Shown here: in pieces, positions 16,016 to 24,273 of the stretch
Layout: every line of letters begins with the position of its first letter
Position numbering within the stretch: the first letter of the stretch is position 1
NCBI GenBank assembly: GCA_045568075.1
Contig: JBJLBP010000001.1
Span: forward strand, 720,001 to 752,000
Length of the DNA: 32,000 bases
Direction: 5' to 3'
Source of the DNA: Candidatus Thalassarchaeaceae archaeon
Lineage (GTDB): Archaea; Thermoplasmatota; Poseidoniia; Poseidoniales; Thalassarchaeaceae
Program-made: the position numbers and the translations under genes
Notes under the pieces: model-generated
What the model saw: only the letters and a program-made list of their open reading frames with translations
The model's database searches: none
What the model was told of the DNA's origin: nothing

Positions 16016-17230
16016 TTATTTCCGCTTGCGGCGTTGCCTAGCTTTACGCTTGGCGAGGTGATGTTTCTCATCTTCACTACCAATCTTCTCAATGGTCCAA
16101 TCTTGCATTTTCTTTGAAGACGAGAACACCAGACTCAGAACCACCAAGCCGGTCGCCAGAGGGATTGCTATCGCGATCCAAATGTGTAGCAATCCTGCCG
16201 AGTCAGTATTGGGAGCTGAAAATGGCGTTAGATATCCGCGTCGACTGACGATCCAGCCAGAATCTTCGCCCGTTGACCAAGTCCCAACGATTCGGTCGCT
16301 GGATAGGTTCAGATCGTTGATGTCATCATACTCGAGCCAAGGATATGATGAGTTCAGACTGATGTCGTGTTCGATTAGGCCCGCCGGCGTAGTTGCGATG
16401 AGAGTCCGGTCCCCATGCTGGGCTTCGATTCCGACAAAGTAAGAATCAATGTCGGGCAGCCGGCTGACGCTTGGAATAGATCGGCTGAGGTCCGAAGGAT
16501 TCAGTTCGATGAGTGCTATTACTTGATTGTCAGCGATTGCGACACAGTATGCCGAGTCGCCGGTCGGACAATCGATTCCCGTCCAAGGATAGCCCGTACC
16601 TCCAACCCAAGTGAAAGTATGGTCTCGCTCGATGACTCCGATTCCTTCCATGGCTGCCGCAACCACGCACATCATGATGGTTTCATGGCAATCCATTGCC
16701 ATAATTGGGCTCGAACCTCCACCTGCTATGGAGTGGATTTCCGCACCTCCGTCAGCGTCGGCTCTAAGCCTCAAGAGTTGCCCCTCAGCAGTACCAACAT
16801 AGGCCCATGAACCTCCGGTATTCCACGCTACTGTGGTCATGTCTGCATACTCTAAGTTCACCGCCGCTGCTGCGCGTTCAAGCGATTGATCCTGCTTAGC
16901 ATAGCGAAGCACCAGACCGTCTGTACCGACGATGAGGGCGGTCTGATCTCCAGGATGGAAATCAGCATAGAGGAGTTCCTCGTTGCCCGGCCAGACCAGA
17001 TCTATCTGTTGTGTCGGGTCTTGCGCATCGAGGGCTCGAACATATCCATCCGCTCCGAAAACTAGAGCGGTCTCACCATCTCCGTCGATTACAACTCCGT
17101 TGAGACCGAGGTCCTCGTCTGACAGAGAGATGCCCGCACCCAGTTCTACAGCCGATGCTGCGAATATGCTGGGTGCAGCCAGCAAGACGACGAGGAGCAC
17201 AGCGACGAGACTCCTCGAACTTGCGCGCAT
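16016..17230 (-). CDS. Membrane-anchored extracellular protein (signal peptide, beta-propeller-like body, C-terminal TM segment plus a highly basic tail)
   Basis: 'MRASSRSLVAVLLVVLLAAPSIFAASA' is a signal peptide. The body has repeated 'G..G.v.r' type strands. TM segment 'LLHIWIAIAIPLATGLVVLSLVF', then '...HHLAKRKARQRRKRK'. Confidence 0.7.
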   Translation of the reverse strand: MRASSRSLVAVLLVVLLAAPSIFAASAVELGAGISLSDEDLGLNGVVIDGDGETALVFGADGYVRALDAQDPTQQIDLVWPGNEELLYADFHPGDQTALIVGTDGLVLRYAKQDQSLERAAAAVNLEYADMTTVAWNTGGSWAYVGTAEGQLLRLRADADGGAEIHSIAGGGSSPIMAMDCHETIMMCVVAAAMEGIGVIERDHTFTWVGGTGYPWTGIDCPTGDSAYCVAIADNQVIALIELNPSDLSRSIPSVSRLPDIDSYFVGIEAQHGDRTLIATTPAGLIEHDISLNSSYPWLEYDDINDLNLSSDRIVGTWSTGEDSGWIVSRRGYLTPFSAPNTDSAGLLHIWIAIAIPLATGLVVLSLVFSSSKKMQDWTIEKIGSEDEKHHLAKRKARQRRKRK

Positions 17231-17331
17231 GAGGGGCGCACTGTGGGACTCGGTTTAGGCGTGTGGGATAGGGAACGACCCAGTAGTCTCCTGCGGCAGG
17301 ATTCAAGACGGGTTCCACCTCGCGATGCCTT

Positions 17332-17850
17332 ATGGAGAGATTCGAGGTCAAGCGCGGACTTGTCAAGCAGATAACGGCAGATGGAGGGCTATCCGCACTA
17401 GCGGGGAGACATTTTGAGAATGTTGAAGCCGATGGAGACAACGCGTTCAATGCCTCTCACGACATCATGACTTCGATAAAGGGTCATTTTTCTGAGAAGG
17501 GAGCTCTCATCGTCGATGTGACGAATGTTCCACCTAATTTCGATGACCCTGACGCAATGGTTCGAGCGCGCGACACACGTAAGCGTTGGACCACTTTCCT
17601 CGACGAAGCAACTGGATACAATTCAAAGAAGCGAGGGGATAAGGCGAAGGAATGGGCAAAAAAGGCCTCTAAGGCTAAGTCTGCGATTTCTGCCGCGCGT
17701 CATTTCATGAATATGACAGATAATCTGAGCGATGATGTCATCGCTCAGGCTGAGTCTCTAATCGCTGAGATCGAGGCTGCGCTGGCAGACGAAGACAATA
17801 CTCGCGCTGCTGGTCGCGGAGAGAAACTCAACAAACTGCTGAACGCCTGA
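17332..17850 (+). CDS. Hypothetical cytoplasmic protein, N-terminal alpha/beta domain plus a Lys-rich and helical C-terminal tail
   Basis: 172-aa ORF ending 9 nt before tyrS. The 'RKRWTTFLDEATGYNSKKR' segment resembles a conserved archaeal uncharacterised family (possibly DUF5611-type, from low-confidence memory). Confidence 0.6.
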   Translation: MERFEVKRGLVKQITADGGLSALAGRHFENVEADGDNAFNASHDIMTSIKGHFSEKGALIVDVTNVPPNFDDPDAMVRARDTRKRWTTFLDEATGYNSKKRGDKAKEWAKKASKAKSAISAARHFMNMTDNLSDDVIAQAESLIAEIEAALADEDNTRAAGRGEKLNKLLNA

Positions 17851-17859
17851 GTGGTCTGA

Positions 17860-18981
17860 ATGAGTCCCGCCGACGTGCTCGATGGCCTCGATGCAGAGGC
17901 CCGCACGACCGTGGAGAGAATGTTCGCAAATGTCGAGGAAATCGTCGGCGTCGAGCATGTGGCAGGAATCCTCGCGGGAGGAGAAAGCCACGGCGGCGAC
18001 GATGTCATTCGAGCTTACATCGGCCTTGAGCCAAGCGGCAAGGCACATCTTGGATGGGTTATTCTTGCCGAGACAATCCGCAATATGCTCGCGGAGGGAG
18101 TAAATGTCCTCATTTTACTGGCAGATTGGCACGCCTGGGTCAATGACAAGTTCGACCGAGATATGGAAAAAATCGGTATCGCGGGTGAATATATGTCCGA
18201 AGTCTTCCGAGTTCTCCTCGATTTCCCTGAAGAGGGCGATGGGCGCGGACAACTCCGATTCATCAGCGCTAGCGAAGTGATGGATTCAGGCGTTTACTGG
18301 GAACGAGTATTGCGTTGTTCGAAGGGAATGAGCCTGAATCGCGCACGTCGCACATTCAGCATCATGGGGCGTAGTGAGGATTCCTCAGACGACGATCTTG
18401 CCGCCTTCTTCTATCCGCCAATGCAGGCGGCGGACATATTCGAATTGGATATTGACATCGCCTTTGGCGGCATGGATCAACGAAAGGCGCACATGTACAT
18501 GCGAGAGGTCGCCGACCGCAATGGTTGGACCAAGGCGACCTGTATTCACACACCGATGCTTTCGGGGCTGAAAGGAAAGGGCGGAGGTAGGATGGATTCT
18601 TTCGATCACAAGATGTCGAAGTCCGATCCAAACAATGCGATTTTCGTCCACGACACTCCTAAGAAAATCGAGAAAAAGTTCCGTAAGGCATTCCTCGAGG
18701 TTGGAAATTCTGATTCTCCCGTCTACGAAATAGCCGAACACATTGTTCTGCCTTACAAGGGAGAGTTGAGAGTCGAGCCGAAGCCGGAGTTCGGAGAACC
18801 GAGTACCTGGACGGACCTTGGCTCGTTCATTGCCGCTGTTGGCAGCGGAGATATCCACCCATTCGATGCAAAGATGGCTGTCGCGAGAGGTCTCGCAGAG
18901 ATCCTTTCTCCCGTTGTTGAGCATTTTGAGCAGAACAGCGCACTTCTTGATGAAGTAAATCGATTGACCGGCTCGCAGTAA
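17860..18981 (+). CDS. tyrS: Tyrosine--tRNA ligase (archaeal type)
   Basis: Collinear with M. jannaschii TyrRS: 'YIGLEPSGKAHLGW', 'LLADWHAWVNDK', 'YPPMQAADIFELDIDIAFGGMDQRKAHMYMRE', 'CIHTPMLSGL', 'KMSKS', 'IHPFDAKMAVARGLAEILSPV'. Confidence 0.9.
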   Translation: MSPADVLDGLDAEARTTVERMFANVEEIVGVEHVAGILAGGESHGGDDVIRAYIGLEPSGKAHLGWVILAETIRNMLAEGVNVLILLADWHAWVNDKFDRDMEKIGIAGEYMSEVFRVLLDFPEEGDGRGQLRFISASEVMDSGVYWERVLRCSKGMSLNRARRTFSIMGRSEDSSDDDLAAFFYPPMQAADIFELDIDIAFGGMDQRKAHMYMREVADRNGWTKATCIHTPMLSGLKGKGGGRMDSFDHKMSKSDPNNAIFVHDTPKKIEKKFRKAFLEVGNSDSPVYEIAEHIVLPYKGELRVEPKPEFGEPSTWTDLGSFIAAVGSGDIHPFDAKMAVARGLAEILSPVVEHFEQNSALLDEVNRLTGSQ

Positions 18982-19070
18982 TGCGATTACAGTTCGGTAT
19001 CTAGTGCTGAAAAGCAGCCACAGGTATCATAACCCTCCCCTCACGGCGGCGGAACACAGGAGATTGTACC

Positions 19071-20624
19071 ATGGCAGGCGTCGGAATCGATGATATCGCT
19101 ATTCACTTTCCGAAGCTTTACTTCGACATGAAGGATTTTGCAGAATTCCGTGGAGCGGATTTCGGCAAACTGAACAAGGGACTCGGGCTAACTGCAATGG
19201 CAATCCCTGATGCTCACGAGGATACAGCCACAATGGGCGCTAACGCATGCGCGCGCCTCATCAACCGTAACAATCTCGACCCAAACAAGATTGGTCGCAT
19301 CTACTTGGGCACTGAATCTGCTCTCGATGGTGCAAAGCCAACAGCTACCTACATCATGGATATGCTCGAGCAGCGCTACGACGATACTTACGGCAAAGAT
19401 TGCTTCCGCAATTGCGACGTCGTCGATCTGACCTTCGCCTGTATCGGCGCCGTCGATGCGATGCACAACACCCTCGATTGGGTCGCTCGCGGGGGCGAGG
19501 AACAGGATCGAATTGGAATCGTCGTCTTCGCTGACAATGCGAAGTACGATCTTGGTTCATCTGGTGAATACACCCAGGGAGCGGGCGGCGGCGCGGTACT
19601 AATCCGTCACAACCCGCGCCTCCTTGAGATCCCAGACAATTGGGGAGTCTCGACAATGCCAGTTCACGACTTCTTCAAGCCTCGTCGCGAGGTTGAGTTG
19701 AAGACTGTCGTCGAGAATGTCCTCGAGCTTGCCGAAGAAGCCGGTGAGCCGAAGAAGGAAGGACTTGTCGAGCGAATTCTTGCTATTCTCCCCAAGTCGT
19801 CAAAGAAGGACAACATCATGTTCGAATCTCATACATTGAAGATTCACAAGGATACGCCGATCTTCGATGGACAGTTCTCTAATCGTTGCTACTCGGAATC
19901 GGTGAAGACCGCCTTCATCAATTTCCGTCAGACAGCAATCAACTCTGGTCGCTATGATCCCGAAAATGATGAGATTCTCACCGAACAGTGGAACCGCATC
20001 ATCGTCCACTTGCCATATGCCTTCCAAGGCAAGCGCATGTTCCCTGACGTTTTCCGCCACGATAGGCGCCATCTACCAATGTGGGATGAGATTGTCACCG
20101 AGATTGGCACTGAACCCTTCCCGGAGGACTACGAAGACACGCCTGAGGGGATTGAGGAATTCGAGAGGGCTAACGACAAGTATCGTCGGCTAATCTCGAA
20201 GACGGAGGCTTTCCGCGAGTTTTCCGAGCGCAGAATCGAGAAAACTCAGCGCGCTTCGAGCCTAATTGGAAACCAGTACACAGGCTCGATATTCCTCGCT
20301 TTGATGTCTACAATGGAGAGTGACTATCTCGACGGGGTCGATATGGAAGGCAAGCGCGTCGGACTTTGTGGATATGGCTCGGGTGCTAAGGCCAAGGTGT
20401 TCGAAGGCATCGTTCAGCCAGGCTGGAAGGAAATCTCGAGCCGCTTCTCACTCTTTGAGCGTCTATCCACTCGCACGCCGCTGGACAAGGATATCTACGA
20501 ACGACTTCACCGTGGCTCGCAGAAGGAATCTGTTGTTGAGCCGGCTGACGAGTTCGCACTGGTCGCTGTTGGCGGCGAAGGTGTCCTTGAAGGACAGCGA
20601 AAGTACGCATATTTCGCGCCTTAG
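19071..20624 (+). CDS. mvaS: Hydroxymethylglutaryl-CoA synthase (bacterial/eukaryotic MvaS type, with insertions)
   Basis: 'GIDDIAIHFPKLYFDM', 'GTESALDGAKP' (catalytic Glu), 'FACIGAVDAM' (Cys), 'ADNAKYDLGSSGEYTQGAGGGAVL', 'DGQFSNRCY', 'HLPYAFQGKRM' (His), 'NQYTGSIFLAL', 'YGSGAKA'. AGGAG lies 8 nt upstream of the ATG. Confidence 0.9.
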   Translation: MAGVGIDDIAIHFPKLYFDMKDFAEFRGADFGKLNKGLGLTAMAIPDAHEDTATMGANACARLINRNNLDPNKIGRIYLGTESALDGAKPTATYIMDMLEQRYDDTYGKDCFRNCDVVDLTFACIGAVDAMHNTLDWVARGGEEQDRIGIVVFADNAKYDLGSSGEYTQGAGGGAVLIRHNPRLLEIPDNWGVSTMPVHDFFKPRREVELKTVVENVLELAEEAGEPKKEGLVERILAILPKSSKKDNIMFESHTLKIHKDTPIFDGQFSNRCYSESVKTAFINFRQTAINSGRYDPENDEILTEQWNRIIVHLPYAFQGKRMFPDVFRHDRRHLPMWDEIVTEIGTEPFPEDYEDTPEGIEEFERANDKYRRLISKTEAFREFSERRIEKTQRASSLIGNQYTGSIFLALMSTMESDYLDGVDMEGKRVGLCGYGSGAKAKVFEGIVQPGWKEISSRFSLFERLSTRTPLDKDIYERLHRGSQKESVVEPADEFALVAVGGEGVLEGQRKYAYFAP

Positions 20625-20667
20625 ACCTGAGAGATTGTCTTCACAGTGCCGTAAGCACAGTAGAAGT

Positions 20668-21840
20668 TCAGGGTGATATGGCTCTATTGATGACGATTCT
20701 CTGAACTTCTTGAGTTCCTTCGTAGATTTGAGTAATCTTAGCATCGCGGAAGAAGCGCTCGACTGGGAAATCTGTCGTGTAACCGTAACCGCCGAGAATC
20801 TGCACCGCGCGCTCGGAAACCCACATTGCCGTATCTCCAGCGAATAACTTGGCCATACTGGCCTCCTTCGTGTGCCGTGCAGCGCCCTCTTCGTAGTGTC
20901 GCTGCTTGGCCCAGGCGGCCTTGTACACCAAGAGTCTAGCCGCCTCAGTCTGCGTTGCCATATCTGCTAGATAATTCCCAATACTTTGGTGATGAGCTAT
21001 TGGCTTACCAAATGCTTGACGCTCATGCGCGTAATTCAGCGCTGATTCGAAAGCGCCCTGTGCGATGCCAAGTGCCTGAGCTGCAATCCCGATTCGAGAG
21101 TTGTCCAGCGCGTTCATCGCGATAGGGAATCCTTTCCCGGACTCCTTCAACACATTCTCAGCCGGCACTTTGCAATCATCAAGAAGCAGCACACAGGTAT
21201 CTGACGAACGAATTCCAAGCTTGTCTTCCTTCTTTCCAACACTGAATCCTTCCATGCTCGAATCAACGATGAAAGCAGTCGTTCCGCCATGCTTCTTGAC
21301 GCCATAATCAGGGTGATCAACATCCTTCGCAAATAGCACATAGATATCCGCACTCTCACCGTTGGTCACCCACATCTTTTCTCCGTTGAGAATCCAGTGC
21401 GAGCCATCCTCGCTCAACTTAGCGCGGCAGCCAAGAGCTGCGGCGTCGGTTCCGGCGCCAGCCTCAGACAATGAGTAGGCGCCGATCTCGCCCGCTGCCA
21501 AGCGGGTCAAGTAGCGCTGCTTCTGGTCATCATTGCCGTGCAGTGCGATAGTTTTGGAGCAGAGTCCGACGTGTACGCAGAACATGACGGAGAACGAGGG
21601 GTCAACGCGTGCCAATTCTTCGACGATTATCGCTTCAGAGATGTCATCAACCGGATTTCCGCCGAATTCTTCGGGAATAGCAATGCCTTGCAGTCCATAC
21701 TCACAAAACGTCGCCCACTCTTCTATTGGGGGCTTCTGAGCACGGTCGCGTTCGAGGCACGTCGGAGCCAAAACTTCCTCGGCGAAGTCCCTCACCATCT
21801 CACGGATCATCCCTTGTTCCTCGGTTTCCTCGAAGTCCAT
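20668..21840 (-). CDS. Acyl-CoA dehydrogenase (short/medium-chain type)
   Basis: 'LTEEQ'-type N-terminus ('ETEEQGMIREMVRDFAEE'), 'YSLSEAGAGTDAAAL', 'LNGEKMWVTNG', 'ALDNSRIGIAAQALGIAQGA', 'QIYEGTQEVQRIVI'. I prefer the ATG at 21840 (GAGGA upstream) over 21858. Confidence 0.9.
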   Translation of the reverse strand: MDFEETEEQGMIREMVRDFAEEVLAPTCLERDRAQKPPIEEWATFCEYGLQGIAIPEEFGGNPVDDISEAIIVEELARVDPSFSVMFCVHVGLCSKTIALHGNDDQKQRYLTRLAAGEIGAYSLSEAGAGTDAAALGCRAKLSEDGSHWILNGEKMWVTNGESADIYVLFAKDVDHPDYGVKKHGGTTAFIVDSSMEGFSVGKKEDKLGIRSSDTCVLLLDDCKVPAENVLKESGKGFPIAMNALDNSRIGIAAQALGIAQGAFESALNYAHERQAFGKPIAHHQSIGNYLADMATQTEAARLLVYKAAWAKQRHYEEGAARHTKEASMAKLFAGDTAMWVSERAVQILGGYGYTTDFPVERFFRDAKITQIYEGTQEVQRIVINRAISP

Positions 21841-21963
21841 CTCAATTCCTCGTTCCACCGAGTGCGCCTCCGTTGTTAATACATCGCAGCCAGACCCTAA
21901 TTCCTCAACTAATGAACGAATAATTCAAATCTGAGTCCAAAAGCGGGGCCATCGGAGATAACG

Positions 21964-22464
21964 ATGTCAGAGTCAGATTATTTCGAGTTCGGAGTCGCTC
22001 ACGACCGCCGCTACACGCTGGAACACCTTTGGCTTCAGCTTCTGGATGAGAAGGAAGGAACGGTGAAAATAGGTATGTCTGAATTCATCCGTGCCGACTC
22101 AGGTGACGTTGTTCGTGTCATTTTGCCCCATCCACAGGATGCTAGTGAATTCATTCTTGACGACGAGGGCGTAGTCAGTGACGGAGACGACGGCGAGACT
22201 CCCCCTCCGCCCCCTTCCGGCGGCGACGAAATCGGATCCGGCGAGCTACTAGTCACCATCCGTACCGTCTCTGATAGAATTCTAATCAATACACCATTCC
22301 CTTGCAAGGTGCTGGAACTCAATGGTGAGGTCGAAGATAATGCCGACCTCGCTAATGATGACGCATACGCTGATGGATGGTTCCTCATCGTCAAGCCTCA
22401 CGAATTCGATGAGGACCAATTCCTCGATGCCGGCGAGTACATCGAGTACCTGAACGAGTTATGA
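21964..22464 (+). CDS. Glycine-cleavage H-protein-like protein lacking the lipoyl-lysine, with a Pro/acidic insertion
   Basis: GcvH-like 'YTLEHLWLQ...GTVKIGMSEFIRADSGDVVRVILP' and 'PFPCKVLELNGEVEDNADLANDDAYADGWFLIVKP'. The position of the 'ESVKA' lipoyl-Lys reads 'RTVSD' (Ser103, nt 22270-22272). An insertion of ~30 aa includes 'GETPPPPPSGGDE'. Confidence 0.7.
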   Translation: MSESDYFEFGVAHDRRYTLEHLWLQLLDEKEGTVKIGMSEFIRADSGDVVRVILPHPQDASEFILDDEGVVSDGDDGETPPPPPSGGDEIGSGELLVTIRTVSDRILINTPFPCKVLELNGEVEDNADLANDDAYADGWFLIVKPHEFDEDQFLDAGEYIEYLNEL

Positions 22465-22471
22465 TGTCGAA

Positions 22472-23731
22472 TCAGGGCCAGGCAAGAGCCTGCCATGATT
22501 CAGGCTCACCGTCCTGCCACTCAATCGATTCAAGCAGGGATAGAACATCCTCGGTAGTCGCCAAGTCATCCTCAATTTGACGACGGTGAAGCCAACCCTT
22601 GAGGCGACCGAGTCTGGGTCCCGCTTCTAGTCCGGTTGCCTGCATCAAGGCCTCCCCGCCGACGATTGGGCGATTCCCCGCACGCGGTGGTGGAACAGAA
22701 GCAGCAGCCTCGGCATAAGCCACCCCTGCGGATCCGAAATAGGCTACAGCCTCGTCCTTCATCTGATCTGAGAGCGCCGCATTGTAGCGGCGCAGCACGG
22801 TGTTTTCAGCGACGAGGTCGTCGTTCTTCAGGTCATGTAAGAATGAGATTGTCCGCGTCTCGTCATTCGAAAGACGCAAGAGGCTCTTCAAGTGAGCAGA
22901 GAGATCTGCGCCCGAGCGTGTATCCTCTCTGCATAGAATTGCCAAGTCGACGCCTGGAACTCCCGAGAAGGGCCCATCTAGCTGAAGCGAAGTCTCGCCC
23001 AAAACAGCCGAGAGCAACTCGGCATCGGCCATACGAGCCAGAACCTCGGCACGCATCCGCCCTTGCATGACGCGCGCCAATTCAGCCCACTTTCGCTCGG
23101 ATGAGATCTTCTCAAGCATCGAGAGCCTCTCACGAATCGCAGACTCAAGGTCGCTATCCAGTCTCCTTTCTCCAGCTTCACCTGCATCGAGGAAGCGGAA
23201 GGCTCGCATAATCCGCAAGCCATCCTCTCCAATCCGCTCATTAGCATCGCCAACCGCTCTGACGACCGAAGCATCGAGATCATCACGTCCGCCGAACGGG
23301 TCGATTACCTCGCCAGTCCTCGGATCCATCGCCATCGCATTGATTGTGAAATCTCGGCGCGACAGATCTTCGACAATATCGTCACCGAACTCGACTTCGT
23401 CGGGCCGGCGACCATCTCCATAGGTGCCATCGCTGCGCAGGGTCGTCACCTCCCATGAAGGCTCAACCTGCGCAGCAGAATCAGCCTGCCAAACCCCATC
23501 GTCAGGAAGTACTAGGACGGTGCCGAAAGCAGCACCAACAGGCACCGTCCGAGCAAATAACTCAGCAATTTGTGCCGGCCGAAGCGTAGTAGCAATATCC
23601 ATCTCGCCCGGATTGAGGCCGGATAGAGAATCTCGAACCCAGCCGCCGACCACCCATGCATCCCCCTCTGAACACAAGCGATCGAGCACCCACCGGTCGG
23701 CGGCACTCAGTCGGCTCAGCAGGTCGGCCAT
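22472..23731 (-). CDS. cca: Class II tRNA nucleotidyltransferase (bacterial-type CCA-adding enzyme / poly(A) polymerase family)
   Basis: Motif A 'VVGGWVRDSLSG..PGEMDIAT', motif B 'RRDFTINAMA', 'IDPFGGRDDL', motif D 'EDGLRIMRAFRF', and a C-terminal 'PIVGGEALM..GLEAGPRLGRLKGWL' tRNA-binding-type domain. Confidence 0.85.
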   Translation of the reverse strand: MADLLSRLSAADRWVLDRLCSEGDAWVVGGWVRDSLSGLNPGEMDIATTLRPAQIAELFARTVPVGAAFGTVLVLPDDGVWQADSAAQVEPSWEVTTLRSDGTYGDGRRPDEVEFGDDIVEDLSRRDFTINAMAMDPRTGEVIDPFGGRDDLDASVVRAVGDANERIGEDGLRIMRAFRFLDAGEAGERRLDSDLESAIRERLSMLEKISSERKWAELARVMQGRMRAEVLARMADAELLSAVLGETSLQLDGPFSGVPGVDLAILCREDTRSGADLSAHLKSLLRLSNDETRTISFLHDLKNDDLVAENTVLRRYNAALSDQMKDEAVAYFGSAGVAYAEAAASVPPPRAGNRPIVGGEALMQATGLEAGPRLGRLKGWLHRRQIEDDLATTEDVLSLLESIEWQDGEPESWQALAWP

Positions 23732-23797
23732 GGGCCGTCTTCACGCCGTCTGTCCATCAATCCGTCGGGACGCAATTCAGGTTTGACGCCCAACCTA

Positions 23798-23816
23798 GAT
23801 GCTTTCGGCAAGCATC
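23798..23816. promoter_or_regulatory. Perfect 7-bp inverted repeat GATGCTT-N5-AAGCATC in the cca / ParB-like divergent spacer
   Basis: Read directly from the sequence. It ends 26 nt upstream of the ATG at 23843. It could be a dimeric regulator operator or a 5'-leader hairpin. Confidence 0.3.
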
Positions 23817-23842
23817 AGACATATTCGTGAAGTCCTTTTGCG

Positions 23843-24262
23843 ATGGGCATGGAGGTAGAGTTGGTGCCGTTGGAGGTGCTTCGCCCACACGAGCAAATCA
23901 TCGAACGCAAGGTCGACCAATTAGAGCGAATGACACATCGCTGGAATGCTTACACTAAACCCCTCCTTCTCGACAGGACAACCGGAACTATCCTCGACGG
24001 ACACCACCGCTATCATGTCGCGCAGCGTATCGATTTGCAATGCGTTCCGTGTGTTCTGATCAACTATCTTGAGGATGACTCAATCGATCTTGATCTTTGG
24101 CCGAATTCGGGGCGCGACTCTATCTCTAAGCAGGATGTCGTCGATGCCGCTTTGTCAGGGGAATTGATGCCCCCTAAGACGAGTCGGCATCGCCTCTCTG
24201 ACCACTTGCCGCCGATTGCCATACCTTTGTCTCGGTTGAGGCAACCAGCTTTCGAAAACTGA
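23843..24262 (+). CDS. ParB/sulfiredoxin-fold (ParB N-terminal-like) domain protein
   Basis: 139 aa. 'VELVPLEVLRPHEQI' and 'ILDGHHRYHVAQRI' are characteristic of ParB-like nuclease/Srx domain proteins. There is no HTH or dimerisation domain. Confidence 0.6.
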   Translation: MGMEVELVPLEVLRPHEQIIERKVDQLERMTHRWNAYTKPLLLDRTTGTILDGHHRYHVAQRIDLQCVPCVLINYLEDDSIDLDLWPNSGRDSISKQDVVDAALSGELMPPKTSRHRLSDHLPPIAIPLSRLRQPAFEN

Positions 24263-24273
24263 ACATTCTCTGT

